A stretch of DNA of 44,706 bases from Octopus bimaculoides (GCF_001194135.2 NC_068987.1:26176049-26220754), one strand, 5' to 3'. Counted from the first letter of the stretch, positions 1 to 13,042 are shown. Notes: generated by a model from the letters alone, not told the origin. Numbers and translations are program-made.

Positions 1-51
<51 letters not shown>

Positions 52-60
52 CATACATAT
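1..60. repeat. (TA)n / (TACA)n microsatellite
   Basis: Direct reading: about 23 TA units followed by TACA units. Confidence 0.97.
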
Positions 61-329
61 ATGTATACATTACCCTCTCATTTTTTCAATCTGTGTGGTT
101 TTCATATTTTATATCTTACATGTTTGCTTCTTTTCTTCTTTCTCTCTGTCTCTCTCTGATATAGAGAAGGGAGAGTGGTTGAATAATAATAATGATCTTA
201 GGAAGATAAAGTGAAAGAAAAGAAAAGAAAACGCGACATAAATAAGAACAGTCGAGGGTAAACATATGTTCGGTGCTTAAAAAATTATAAAACGATGCAC
301 AAAATTCAACAGACAAACAAATTCAAATT

Positions 330-660
330 CTTTTCTGAATTATCAGAAAGGTTGATGTCAATTTATCAAAAGTCTGCTGGTTTAAACGAAATGCTTTTGA
401 ACAACACTTAGCTTACAGACAGAGTCTGACACAAAGATATTAGCTAGGGAGAAGAACTTCAAATATTTAAAGCAGTTTAAAAAAAAAAGAAAACACTTCA
501 AAGATCTTCCGAATCTTTCAAAAAATTTCAAAGAAATATTACCTTTAAGGGAAGAATATGTTTAGCTTGTGGGTAGAACAAAGTTTTTCGTAAAACGTAT
601 TTATTTTAGTGAAGAAATTTCAGGGTGAGTACGATCTTAGAATTTTAGATATTGATGGAG
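330..660 (-). mobile_element. Possible heavily decayed Penelope-like element fragment (RT-to-GIY-YIG linker)
   Basis: Minus-strand reading KIVLTLKFLH weakly resembles the PLE linker (IPLVLTFHP). It shares GGTGAGTACGATC (about 624) with the PLE remnant at about 6110. Very degenerate. Confidence 0.25.
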
Positions 661-2268
661 ATATCAATATGAAGAATTTCTCAGAAGTACACAAGAAGCA
701 TTATTTAGATGCCACATAATTTGTTCTTGTAGATCGACCAGTTAATTCACCGACTTAAAATTCGTAATATCTTTATCTTCACTTATACTATGAAGTAGTA
801 TTGTTTAACGTAATTTGTTATACGTACAATAAATAATATAACCAGACAGCAGTAAAAACAATGTAACGAACTAACAAATTTCTTTAGGAACCAACGATGA
901 ATATTCCTTATGAACCAACCAACCGACACCTTCCGACTTCACAGCGAACTAACACGTATTTCACTCGACTCCGAACTCTGAACCTTGAACGCACTCGGAT
1001 CGTTACTATTCATACTTTACTCGGACCAGTCTATCCCTCGCAAAGGGGCGTCATTGCTTTCATCACAACAAGTATTCATTTCCCCGACTGACTCAAATAA
1101 TACGCGTGCAGTTTGTACCAGTTTTTAAAGGTAGCTATTTAAGTAAAATGTAAATAAATCCATATACTGTAGTCTTTCTGCTTCACTACAGATCAATATA
1201 TCCAATCCTTACTTAAACTTTTGCCATCAAATGGGCATGAAGCAATGTTAGAACTGATACACCGAGTAGATGACAAGAGGCTGTTATCATAAATTTTTTC
1301 TATTGATACCCTGTTAGCTATACTGATCGGTATTTTATAGAAATAAATTATTTTGGTCCGTGCAATGTGACAATAACTTATTTATTCTGATAAAATATAT
1401 GTTGCACAATTATTTGATAGTTTCCTGAGGTAATGGTATGTCTCGGAACAGTTTATGTTTGCTCAGTTGCCCAGTTAAATCAAAATTTATTATCTCAAGC
1501 CCCAGTGTACTTCGATAGGGACGTTGCATTCCTTCTTATATATTATAGATGAAAATGTGTTTTGAATAGTAAATTGAGTAAATTTCTGATGATGTAATTT
1601 CAATGGAGGCAACAGCAGAGGCTTGGCCATATTAACTCAAACGAAGCAACAAAACAGATTAATTCGAACAAAGAATAAATCAAAGGGAAAAGAGTAATTG
1701 TAAGACATCGGGTACAGAAAAAAGCAAAAATGTTAAATTAAATAAAAAAAAGTATTAGCAACCGCTGACCGACCACCTCCCCTACAAAGTTAATACAAAA
1801 AATTAAAGCGTATGCAAACCGAAAAAAAGGTTCGGGGTATATCAGTTAGACCTGATAGTTGAAATTTGTGTTAGCAGAATTATATAAGTGAACCTGAACA
1901 TAAGAATGACTGAACCAATAGTGACAAAACAATATCCCCATTTCTCAACGATACGATTAACAAATAAAAATGAATATCAATCTACAGAAACGGAATACAA
2001 TCATGAAACTAATCAACAGAAAAAACAAATGGCGAACTGGCAAATGTAAAGCGACAATACAGTAACAAAAAAAATAAAACAAAAGAAAACGAAAACATCC
2101 CAACAAATTATCTAGAAACTAACCAATGAAAGTAATAGGTATACCCAGAAGAATGAAACCGATTTAATTTATATGAAGCCTGTTGGAGACACCGAAAAAA
2201 GAGTCTTCTGAAAATGGCAGCGGGGATAAATTTGAGAGCGAGAAAACTGTTTTGAATAGACAACACGT

Positions 2269-2289
2269 ACACACACACACAGACAGACA

Positions 2290-2337
<48 letters not shown>
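2269..2337. repeat. (CA)n microsatellite with CAGA interruptions
   Basis: Direct reading. Confidence 0.97.
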
Positions 2338-2339
<2 letters not shown>

Positions 2340-3124
2340 CAGATATATATTCATTTGAATATGTACCATAGGAGAAGGTGATCTAAATTGATCCATTTTT
2401 TGATCTAAGCACGTTAGGATTGAAATGACAGATCATCTTGCAGAAACGAGTATCTTACCTTGAAATTTAATTCCTGGGAAACATTTGTAGCTAGTTCTAA
2501 CTTTCTATCTCTACACTGAGAGTCACCGTGACTTTTGAAAAGAATGAATGTCAAATGGTTCAACTCGTCCTGCCTATGGAATAAGTTGATACAACCTTTG
2601 GGGTAAGTTGCACTACACAATTACAGTCAAATTAATCTGTTTTTCTCCTTTTTAGGCTACCGTCATTAGTATTACACATACATAGGTATTTTATATATTA
2701 TGTGGTAATGGTTGAACAAGTAGAAAAGCACTCGATCAGCAAAGAGAGTAAAGATAATCTTATAAGAAGAAAACACAAATCTTCTTAATACAATTGGCCC
2801 TGGTTTCCTGCTCGAAATAATAATTTATTCCGCCATTTATCAGGCTAAAAACAAGACCATTTTTCATCTGCCTTTTGAGAAAATGACGTTTAAAGAAGAT
2901 ACGCTAGTAAAGAAGGCAAGAAGAAAATACAAGAGAGATAACCAGCATTACAATAATTCTATGTTAAGCAGAGGCAAATAAGATTTCAATGGTCTACCAA
3001 AAAATCTGGTGGCCTACCTCTAAATTCAGACAAGATGCACCTCTTGAAATACAGACATACAGAAAAAATCTCACTCCTCGAACTAATGCTTGAGGCTCTC
3101 AAACCCTTCAAGAGATACAGTTTA

Positions 3125-3340
<216 letters not shown>

Positions 3341-3421
3341 CAATTAAACCTTGGGAGAGGCATTATGCCGGTAATAAACACACGCACTAGTTCAGTCCTT
3401 TACTAATTTATATAGTTATTT

Positions 3422-3462
3422 GTTAAATTATTTCATTGCACTCTTGCAATCTCTTCAGTAAC
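3422..3462 (-). ncRNA. Mirror copy of the hammerhead-like motif on the minus strand
   Basis: Exact reverse-complement copy created by the palindrome. Confidence 0.65.
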
Positions 3463-3496
3463 TTGTCTCTCCACATAAATGGAAGTGGAGAGACAA

Positions 3497-3537
3497 GTTA
3501 CTGAAGAGATTGCAAGAGTGCAATGAAATAATTTAAC
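3497..3537 (+). ncRNA. Minimal type I hammerhead-ribozyme-like motif (PLE-type)
   Basis: GUUA-[CUGAAGA]-G-AUUGCA(AGAG)UGCAAU-[GAAA]U-A-AUU^UAAC. Helix I GUUA/UAAC is 4 bp, helix II is 6 bp with a tetraloop, helix III is minimal, and the putative AUU cleavage site is after 3533. Activity untested. Confidence 0.65.
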
Positions 3538-3700
3538 AAATAACTATATAAATTAGTAAAGGACTGAACTAGTGCGTGTGTTTATTACCGGCATAATGCC
3601 TCTCCCAAGGTTTAATTGTATTTCTTTCAACACACGTATCCACATCAAGAATCTTGCACACGAAATACACATACGAAATATATATATATATATACACATA

Positions 3701-5047
3701 TATATTTTTTCGGAAAGTTCTGACCGTTTTTTAATATGCAAAAAGGGATATAAATAATTGACCTTTCAATAAATTTTATTCAGTGAAATAATTTCCGCTA
3801 TTAATAATGATCTTTACCCATCTATCAGGCAATTCAAATATTTCCTCGGCATAAAATTTGAATAACTGGTTTTGAAGAACAAAAAGTTTATCAAGATGCA
3901 TTTTAACTCCATCCAAATGAGTTCTACAGAGACAAAACAAGTGGTAGTCGGAAGGCGCAATATCAGGAGAATATGGTGGATGAGGTAAGAGATCCCAGCT
4001 AAGTTCACGTAACTTTGTTCGGGTACCCAATGACACATGTGGTCGGACATTGTCTTGTCGGGACACTACCCCTTTCGTGTTGGCAATCTTCGACCTCAAT
4101 TCTTTGATTTTTTTTTGGTTCAAATTAGTCACCTGATGACAGTACACATCAGAATTAATGTTCTGGTTTTGTAGGAGAAGTTCATTATAAATAATGCATT
4201 TATGATCCCACCAAACACAAAGCATAGCCTTTTTAGTATGGATATTCGTCTTTAGTTGCTGTTTTGGGGGATCCTTACGCAAACTCCAGGATCTTTTTCG
4301 CACTACGTTTTCGTACACAATCCGGATTTCATCTCCAGTCACAAGTTGTTTCAAAAATGGCATGCTTTCATTCCGTTTCAAAAGCATATCACAAACGGAA
4401 TACCAGTCCAAGCAATTCTTTTCTGATAGTTTGTGAGGAACCCATACATTATAGCGAAAACTGTATCCTAGCTTCACTAGGTGCTCATTTAGAAACTTTT
4501 AAAATCTTCCAACTTCTTTGCAAGTTCTCTAGTCGTGATATTTGAATTTTCTTCGACTTTTGCCTTCAAAACATCTTTATCTAATTTTGAAGGTCTTCCA
4601 CTGCAACTGTTATTTTCCAAGCTAAACTCTCCAGCTTTAAATTTTGAAAACCACCTTCGAACAGTTGATGCACCAACATCACCACCATAAACTTCACAAA
4701 TATTTTTGCAAGTCTTTGCAGCATTTTATCCCTTTTTCTTTAAAAAAAACAGAAAAGCATTACAACGCAAATATGAAATTTTTCGCTATCCATATCAAAT
4801 GTCAATAAAGGGTAATCTGAATGAATGAAAGATAAATATGTTTCTAGTCAGGAACAAAGGATAAATGCACTACCACTTCAAGCAACGCTGAAATTTTAAC
4901 TGTGTTATGTTTCAGGTGTGTTGCATGAAGCGTTAAAAGACACATGTATACCAATGAAGAACGGAGAAAGGAACGCTATATTTAACGAGAAATGATATCT
5001 TAGAAATGCAGTGAAAATACCTTGTGAGTTTTCTACAACTGTAATAT
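3701..5047 (-). mobile_element. Decayed mariner (Tc1/mariner, DD34D) DNA transposon, about 1.35 kb
   Basis: Contains the transposase pseudogene. A TIR-like end TATATT...CGGAAAGTTCTGACCG lies at about 3701-3735 and a degenerate inverted counterpart at about 5005-5047. Size is typical of mariners; boundaries uncertain. Confidence 0.7.
3776..4793 (-). pseudogene. Mariner transposase pseudogene (frameshifts/stops)
   Basis: ATG at 4793 (MDSEKFHI...). HTH region reads ICEVYG...TVRRWFSKFKAGEFSLE...SGRPSKLD...TTRELA. It has the WVPHKL motif and catalytic triad VTGDE / QDNVRPH / YSPDIAPSDYHLF, with 34 residues between the 2nd and 3rd Asp. Frame breaks at about 4480 and about 4735. Confidence 0.93.
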
Positions 5048-5070
5048 AAATTGGGACGCCTTCAATACTG

Positions 5071-5178
5071 GCCATTAGTCGTTCTGGGGCTATAGTAGCA
5101 GATACATTTTGAAGGTGCCACGCAGTGGTACTGAACCGGAAACTGTGTTCTTGCAAAGCAAGCTTCTTAACCACAGAA

Positions 5179-5180
<2 letters not shown>
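5071..5180 (-). mobile_element. Degenerate tRNA-derived SINE head with CORE-like domain
   Basis: Minus strand GTGGTTCTGTGGTTAAGAAGCTTGC...CCGGTTCAGTACCACTGCGTGGCACCTT; homologous to the copy at 37341-37490. Confidence 0.75.

Positions 5181-5251
<71 letters not shown>
5179..5251. repeat. (CA)n microsatellite
   Basis: Direct reading. Confidence 0.97.
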
Positions 5252-5256
<5 letters not shown>

Positions 5257-5479
5257 ATACATGTATACATACATATATACTATACATACACATACACACA
5301 TACACACATATATATATAGTCATATTCAATTTCTTGTATGTGCTTGTGTACGCATGTTAAGTGCATGTGAGTGGGGTTTTAATTGCATTGGTGTGAGTGT
5401 ATGTTTGTTTGCTTGGGAATATATTTAGTGTTGACATAAGTATGTGTCAGTATTTATCTTGACAGACACTCCGTAAGTT

Positions 5480-6850
5480 GTGATTTAGTCTGAGGTTGGT
5501 TTTAATAGCTTCATCGCTCTACTGACATCCTTTGAAGCTTCAAACATTTTAAACTACAGGTTGTTTGTCTTTGAGAGTATAAAATTATCTACAAAGAACA
5601 GAAAAATGAAGTTATTTCTGACTGTTCTACCTACGGTGATGTCGTCACTACTCAATAAGCAGTTTTATTTCTTGCAGTTGTTCAGCCTCCGCATAAAGTC
5701 CTATCATGACACAAGTTCGACGCTCACGAACAATTGACCCCTTGCTTTTCGATGTATTCTTACGATCTTTTCAAAAATTCACCTTCGATTCTAACTTCAA
5801 TGACATTACACCTGATGTCGGTACAGGTAAAACTATCGCGTCTTGTACATAATCGGAGCCTCTTTTCATATAAGAACCAGATTACTGGAAAACAAGCTTT
5901 ATCTTGGACTTCAGCTGTAAATCAGGTTTCTGTTTGGAAATATCCTATTTAGACTATCGTTCCTACAATTATACACCTCATATACCAAATCGTGCAGTAG
6001 CTTCCGTAAAAGTTGCCGAAAAAGAATATTTGATAGCTGAAAGACGTCAGATCTCTTGTATTCCTACCTCTTGTAAAAAAATGTTATTTCTGCTGGAAAA
6101 GTTTCGCGAGGTGAGTACGATCAATGTCCAGCTCACGATTTGAGTTACTTGATAAATGGGACATTTTTCAAATACCCGTAGATTCTCAAAAGGACCAGCA
6201 AGAACCTTTATTCTCTTTGTAGAAATTGCCCCTATATCGTCTGCATCAAAATATCGATCACTGGCTTACCCATTTTCAAAACTTCTCTAACAGAACTTGT
6301 TGACAAAGATAGCATCAAAAATTGAATCTCTGAATCGGTAGTTAGCAACTTAATGTTGTCGACTGGGAGTTAAATTGACAACATCAATCATGAAATATTT
6401 TGAACGACGCTTTAAAGTTTCCTGTTACTATCAAATTTCTGCTCATATCTTATTCTTTTCTCCGTAAACATTTATGTTAAATTTGAATTAGGTAGTCTCC
6501 AACAAGACTTCAATATGTGTTCTCTGGCCTCGCTAAAAATCGATCCACCCAGAGTATTTTCTCATCTATATTCAGGTATTAAATCATAATTAAGAAATCC
6601 CATGCATTTTAGTCATCTGATGTCAAGTTTATTCGACTAGAAGTGAATAGAATGCACAAAAAAGAGATTATCAAGCCAAGCAGCTCACCTCGACGAGCAT
6701 ATGTCAATGAAGCTAAAAGTAACAGTAAAACCAGGTTACCAGTTGACTACTCTGAAAGTATTAATAAATTCATCTACGTAGAAGACTCTTACTCACTCTC
6801 TATCTTAGCCGACTTAGTTAACTTCTTACCAGGTATTTAACTCTGTCGAG
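5480..6850 (-). mobile_element. Decayed Penelope-like retroelement (RT then GIY-YIG remnants)
   Basis: Minus-strand peptides occur in the expected order: TVTFSFID (RT motif A-like, about 6700), EHILKSCWRL (before the RYLDD region), then FTCTDIRCNV...EYIEKQG / IVRERRT (GIY-YIG-like, about 5750) and a C-terminal KTNLRLN. Many stops and frameshifts. Confidence 0.5.
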
Positions 6851-7193
6851 TAACGTAGCGTGTATGATTGTGTTTTGCATTTCGATGTTAAAGTATTTAC
6901 TGATTTCAAGGCAGACGATCAATTTTTTTCAGTTCAGATGTCTTAGTTTCAGTCTCAACAACAATTCTGCTTGTTTCCAACGGCAATTTATTCGTGAAAG
7001 CGAGTTGGAAGGCGTGTAAGCTTATGTACATGACGTCATCTTATGTAGTAAGAACAAACAGGAACGTTGTAAAAAATGTACATAAATTCTTAAAACTTGC
7101 TCATAAATTTAATCACGACAAATAATAATGACTACACATTTTCAAATGAATCTATTTACAGCTAAGGTTAGCTATTTGTAGCTACAGCCTATC

Positions 7194-7461
7194 TATAACT
7201 GCATCCTGATGTTTAAGTTTAATTCCATTTAAAGAAATACTCTTGTCTACTGATAAATTTTCTTTACCTAATATTATGGGAACATTCTCTTATTATTTAC
7301 GACGAATTGTTCGCTTCTCCGAAAAAATAAAACCCCTTTACAATACCCAGTTGTGCTCTCAGAAGAAATAAATACAAATATTTGTAATAACTATTTGTTG
7401 ATTGTTATTTATGAAGATTCCTTTCCTGTATTTTTCTTGTTTCGACATTTCTTCATCGACT
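7194..7461. repeat. Diverged direct repeat copy 1 (partner 8857-9100), probably retroelement-derived
   Basis: TATAACTGCATCCTGATG...AAAGAAA..CTCTTGT...ACATTCTCTTATTATT.ACGACG...TATGAAGATTC...CATTTCTTC is shared, with a roughly 30-bp indel. Confidence 0.85.
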
Positions 7462-7993
7462 GCCAATGCTCCCTTGTTCATGTAATTTTCTACTTTCGGC
7501 TTATTTCTAAATTTTCATTTACTCTGTGGAGCTTCCTTTGTCTCCTCCGAATTGAAGTATGTCTTTTCTGATCGGGATATCCCAGTTAGCCACCCAACCA
7601 ATACCTCTCAACGGAAAACGGACAATGTGAGAGTTATGTTAGTTTGGTTTGAAAAACCATGGTATTAAGTCTATCATCATAAAATCTATCTGTCCCCACA
7701 GAGGAATCTTTTGTTTGACACCTTATATTCGGTGCAATCCTCTTTCTGCATATCAGCTTGAAAATTTTTTACCTTTCCTTGAAAAGGAACAGAAACTATA
7801 TGAGAAGGCCATTCTTTGCAATATGTTTCTAATAATATTAAATGAGTTTGTGCATTTATTTAAAAGAAACAAAAATATATATAATTTGATGATTCTGATG
7901 ATATAAAATTTTTTTAGTTTCTTTGCTAATTTTATCAGTAGACGTCAGCAGAACTTTAGTAAATTAAGATTTACTACAAACTGACTTGCCTCT

Positions 7994-8081
7994 TACATAC
8001 ATACATACATACATACATACATGCATACATACATACATATATACATACATACATACATGCATACATACATACATACATACA

Positions 8082-8112
<31 letters not shown>

Positions 8113-8113
8113 G
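7994..8113. repeat. (TACA)n tetranucleotide microsatellite
   Basis: Direct reading. Confidence 0.97.
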
Positions 8114-8856
8114 TATATATGAGCAGACACACATCACAGTCTGTGCATGCGTACTGCTAATTAAATTGAATTAAATTGAAATTTTCTGAGAAATAAATCT
8201 CGTTTTAAAAATTGTTTGGATTCAGGCCCAAAGAAAGTATATAAGTGGATTCCAAAAGTATGAGCCTACTTAGAAGCTACAGTTTTGTTTCAACATATAC
8301 AGGTATATGTGTATGCATCTGTGTTAATCTATATATGGCATATTCAGGTATGAGTTGTGCTTATATATTGTGTTTATATACATGTGTATAATTACTGATT
8401 TAAAGAAATATTTAATAAGCTTCTAAACTTGAAGTATTCTACACTTACGAAGCAAAAACCACACAAACGTAACTATAATGTGATCTGGTTCAATCTCCGT
8501 CCCCTATAGCGTCAATGAGAAGTTCAATATTTCCATGAACTTCATAAATTTAATTCGGAAATATTTCTCCGCAGGACAAATGTTGCAAACTAATTAACCG
8601 TCAAAAAAGAAATATCAGCGACAGGTGTATGACTAGCATCAAAAGCACTATCACAGGTTGTAGGTGCTCCATTCCACCTAGTAGGTGTAATAAGGAAACA
8701 TCGTCGGAGTTTGCAGGTACCCCGAATCACCCACAAGATGCCTCAGATCATTTAATTGAGCCCCTAAATACAGAAATAAATTTCATGGACAGTTATCTGT
8801 TCAATCAGTATAGGTAGTAGGTAAGATAACTGAACCTGTTAACTATACAGTCTAGT

Positions 8857-9100
8857 TATAACTGCATCCTGATGCGTAGGTTTAATTCCGTTTAAAGAAA
8901 CGCTCTTGTTTATAGTTACATTCTCTTATTATTCACGACGGGTTGTTCGCGTCTCTGAAAGAATAAAACCACTATGCAATTCCCAGTTTCGCTCTCAGAT
9001 GAAATAAATATAAAAGTTTGTAATAAACATTTGCTGACTGTTGCTTATGAAGATTCTTTTTTATGTGTTTTTTTCTTGTTCCGGCATTTCTTCGTGGATT
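8857..9100. repeat. Diverged direct repeat copy 2 (partner 7194-7461)
   Basis: See copy 1; roughly 75-80% identity by eye. Confidence 0.85.
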
Positions 9101-9499
9101 AACAGCTACACTTCTTATACACCGATTATGAAAAGATGCATCCCTGATCTATCTAGTTACAATGTCAGTCCTAAGAGGTACACACCACCATAGATCATAC
9201 ATTGGAATGTTTGAGGTCTGCTTCAAAAGCTACTACTAAATAAGGCCACCTTAAAACACTCAGGTAAAAGAATAGCACGGCATTATCAAACCACACATAA
9301 CATTTGAAAGATCTCAAGATTTTAATATCACCAATTTTAATTTTAATTTTAATATCATCTGATTTATACATTCCTGTTCAAATTTCTATTGAAACAAAAT
9401 TTAATATAATTGTAACTACTAAGGCAACACAGTTAATTTCTCCGATGTTATTTTAAATTTCAATCACTGCGAAACAGAAAACAAACAAAAGCTCATTCA

Positions 9500-10200
9500 C
9501 AATGGCAAAAATTTCAACTTCAACCTTTATGAATCTCATCAGCAATATTCGTGTTAGGATTTTCAGCCTTTCCTCAGACAAAGAAACATTTGATAGAGCT
9601 GCAAATTACTGCAACAAAGCTCGGAGAGGAAAGAATAATTGACTTAGAAAAATACAATGAAGTTTACACCCTAAACCGGAACGACAACCACCCCACGCTA
9701 AATGAAATCACGCAAGGTCTTTAACTCTTATGTCATTTGGTTCTATTCTATTTCAGTGTGAAATTCAATATTTCCTACAACTTTATAATTCTGGCCCTGA
9801 AACGCTTTCCCACAGAACATAAATATTCTAAATTATTTAACCAGCATAATTTCGATGTTAGAGTTGCGTGTCAATTAAAGGAAACATCATTGTATTTAGC
9901 AGGGGCCCACTTTTCCAAATAAGTGATGCAAATCACTTAACTAGCCCATCAATTTGGAATCCAATTTCTTGGATAGTTATCCCAATATTCCTATCAATCT
10001 TGGTAGCAGGTGAGATAATTAAAACTCCTCACAACAAAGAATTATATGACTTCAATAATTCATGCAAATTTAGATTTGTGATATATGAAGCTATAGTGCC
10101 ATTTCTATAAAACACTGGATCATATATAGGAATGAATGAGGGCTGTTTCAAAGTAACTATTTTAGAGATAAGACAGAAATGACATCACTACATTATTAAA
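9500..10200 (+). mobile_element. Decayed Penelope-like element 3' part (RT thumb/linker plus GIY-YIG)
   Basis: Peptides ISNIRVRIFSLSSDKETFDRAANY, VIWF...NISYNFII..LKRFPTEHKYSKLFNQHNF (cf. IIWFNPP...HFP...YHKIFN), SCKFRFVIYEAIV and SYIGMNEGCFK (GIY-YIG motifs). Confidence 0.7.
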
Positions 10201-10235
10201 CCTCATATTACACTCGAAAAATCGTAACATTAGAA

Positions 10236-10256
10236 TATATATATATATATATATAT

Positions 10257-10309
<53 letters not shown>

Positions 10310-11256
10310 NNNNNNNNNNNNNNNNNNNNNNNNNNNNNNNNNNNNNNNNNNNNNNNNNNNNNNNNNNNNNNNNNNNNNNNNNNNNNNNNNNNNNNNNNNN
10401 NNNNNNNNNNNNNNNNNNNNNNNNNNNNNNNNNNNNNNNNNNNNNNNNNNNNNNNNNNNNNNNNNNNNNNNNNNNNNNNNNNNNNNNNNNNNNNNNNNNN
10501 NNNNNNNNNNNNNNNNNNNNNNNNNNNNNNNNNNNNNNNNNNNNNNNNNNNNNNNNNNNNNNNNNNNNNNNNNNNNNNNNNNNNNNNNNNNNNNNNNNNN
10601 NNNNNNNNNNNNNNNNNNNNNNNNNNNNNNNNNNNNNNNNNNNNNNNNNNNNNNNNNNNNNNNNNNNNNNNNNNNNNNNNNNNNNNNNNNNNNNNNNNNN
10701 NNNNNNNNNNNNNNNNNNNNNNNNNNNNNNNNNNNNNNNNNNNNNNNNNNNNNNNNNNNNNNNNNNNNNNNNNNNNNNNNNNNNNNNNNNNNNNNNNNNN
10801 NNNNNNNNNNNNNNNNNNNNNNNNNNNNNNNNNNNNNNNNNNNNNNNNNNNNNNNNNNNNNNNNNNNNNNNNNNNNNNNNNNNNNNNNNNNNNNNNNNNN
10901 NNNNNNNNNNNNNNNNNNNNNNNNNNNNNNNNNNNNNNNNNNNNNNNNNNNNNNNNNNNNNNNNNNNNNNNNNNNNNNNNNNNNNNNNNNNNNNNNNNNN
11001 NNNNNNNNNNNNNNNNNNNNNNNNNNNNNNNNNNNNNNNNNNNNNNNNNNNNNNNNNNNNNNNNNNNNNNNNNNNNNNNNNNNNNNNNNNNNNNNNNNNN
11101 NNNNNNNNNNNNNNNNNNNNNNNNNNNNNNNNNNNNNNNNNNNNNNNNNNNNNNNNNNNNNNNNNNNNNNNNNNNNNNNNNNNNNNNNNNNNNNNNNNNN
11201 NNNNNNNNNNNNNNNNNNNNNNNNNNNNNNNNNNNNNNNNNNNNNNNNNNNNNNNN

Positions 11257-11289
<33 letters not shown>
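10236..11289. other. Assembly gap (about 10310-11256) flanked by (TA)/(TG) and (TA) microsatellites
   Basis: N run bounded by simple repeats. Confidence 0.97.
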
Positions 11290-11291
<2 letters not shown>

Positions 11292-11592
11292 TAAATGGAA
11301 ATCATTTTAATACAATTAAATCAAATGCTGTATATCTCTTTCTATGAGTAAGCTTCGAGACATACTTTTATCTGCGACATGTATTCATTCATATGGGTTT
11401 GAAGAGGTCACATGACCATGCAAAACAAGTATATGGTCATCTCATTATGACTGTTGTTGTTGTTTAGCTTCAGGCTCTCAGTGATTGAGCCAATTTATGA
11501 TCAAAGAATTGCTAGACATGACCATCTAGTCGTTTTTCAGGCATTGTGCATCTAAGGCTACACCATCCACTTAAAACGCACATACTTACACG

Positions 11593-11594
<2 letters not shown>

Positions 11595-11678
<84 letters not shown>
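11595..11678. repeat. (CA)n microsatellite
   Basis: Direct reading. Confidence 0.97.
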
Positions 11679-11680
<2 letters not shown>

Positions 11681-12054
11681 TAACGTGGGAAGGAATATTT
11701 AACACACGTATTTGGTTATATTCATTCAAATTTCGGAATTTACCTCCTGACTCATTCCAGCATATCATAAATGTAAAGTTCGAGTGTTCATTCAGGCGAA
11801 CTCGAACTCTCACACGCATGCGCATACACATGGCTGCCTTCCCTTTTATCGTTTGTCTTTTATTTTTGTTTTAATCTTTAGTCTACGATCATGCTGGAGC
11901 AGCGTCTTGAAGGGTTTCGTCGAACAAGTGCACCCTATTACTTATTTTAAATCGTGGTTCTCATTCTGAAGTCTGTTTATGGCGAACCGCTGGGTTCGGG
12001 GTGTAAACAAGCCAACACTTGTTGTCAAGCGGTGGAGGGTGACAAACAAAGGCA

Positions 12055-12287
12055 CACATACATATACAAAGACGTACAGACATGCATACAAGCATACATA
12101 CATGTATGCATATATACATGCATACATACATACATACATACATACATACATGCATACATACATACATGCATACGCTCATACATATATATATACTGTATAT
12201 ATATATATATATATATATATCAAGAGAGAGAGAGAGGGAAATATATAATATAAATGTATATATTTATATATATATTCATATATATAC

Positions 12288-12330
<43 letters not shown>
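12055..12330. repeat. Compound (TACA)/(TA)/(GA) microsatellite
   Basis: Direct reading. Confidence 0.95.
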
Positions 12331-13042
12331 CAAAATTAAGAGGAATGACTACCAAAAGTGGACTCTTATATACTAGAAATAGATGCCAAATCACCTAACC
12401 ACGAAGAGTATGTTCCCAAGAAAAAAAAAATTTCAGCAAGACGCCAGACTGTATAAAGGGCAAGACAAATGAAAATATACGAAATAAAAAACGATTACCT
12501 ACGTAGCAATGGTTTCCCCTGTTAATGTTTACACAAGCAAATATCCGCAGGATCATCAGCGTAGTCTGTCTATTTATAAAAATATAATTTCCAGAACTAG
12601 ACACAGAGCGTTCACCCGAAAGGAAGCATGCGTAAAGTTCTGCAAATTACATTCGGTGTATTTTTCAAATCTCTTCAATCTGGCGCGCTGAGGCCGGAAA
12701 TAACTCTGCAGCTAATAAATTTCTGCAGCTAATTTACTGATTTGAGAACATCGTTATTTAAAAATTTAATAATGAGGGTATTAATCAATTAAAACCAGTG
12801 GCCTACCATATTTAAAAAAATCCGAAGATTAAAATTATATTACATACAACATTAAGAGGAATGACCACCAAAAGTGGATTCCTATATGCTAGAAATAGAT
12901 GCCAAATCACCTAACCACGAAGAGTGTGTTCTCAAGAAAAAAAAATTATGTGATTTGGCATCTATTTCTAGCATGTAGGAGTCTACTTTTGGTGGTCATT
13001 CTTCTTAAGTTTGTATGTAATATAATTTTAATCTTCGGATTT
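12325..13042. repeat. Unclassified repeat: 107-bp direct repeats (12325-12432, 12841-12947) plus fold-back hairpin (arms 12818-12910 / 12950-13042)
   Basis: TACATACAA.ATTAAGAGGAATGAC.ACCAAAAGTGGA...GCCAAATCACCTAACCACGAAGAG...AAAAAAAATT occurs twice. It is followed by an inverted copy of 93 bp with about 6 mismatches and a 39-nt loop. Confidence 0.92.

Noticed and set aside
10162-11347. Long ORFs of 340-376 aa in the track (also 17247-17928, 18399-19562, 26518-27033, 38461-38970)
   Set aside because: They consist of N-gap translations (X) plus microsatellite dipeptides.
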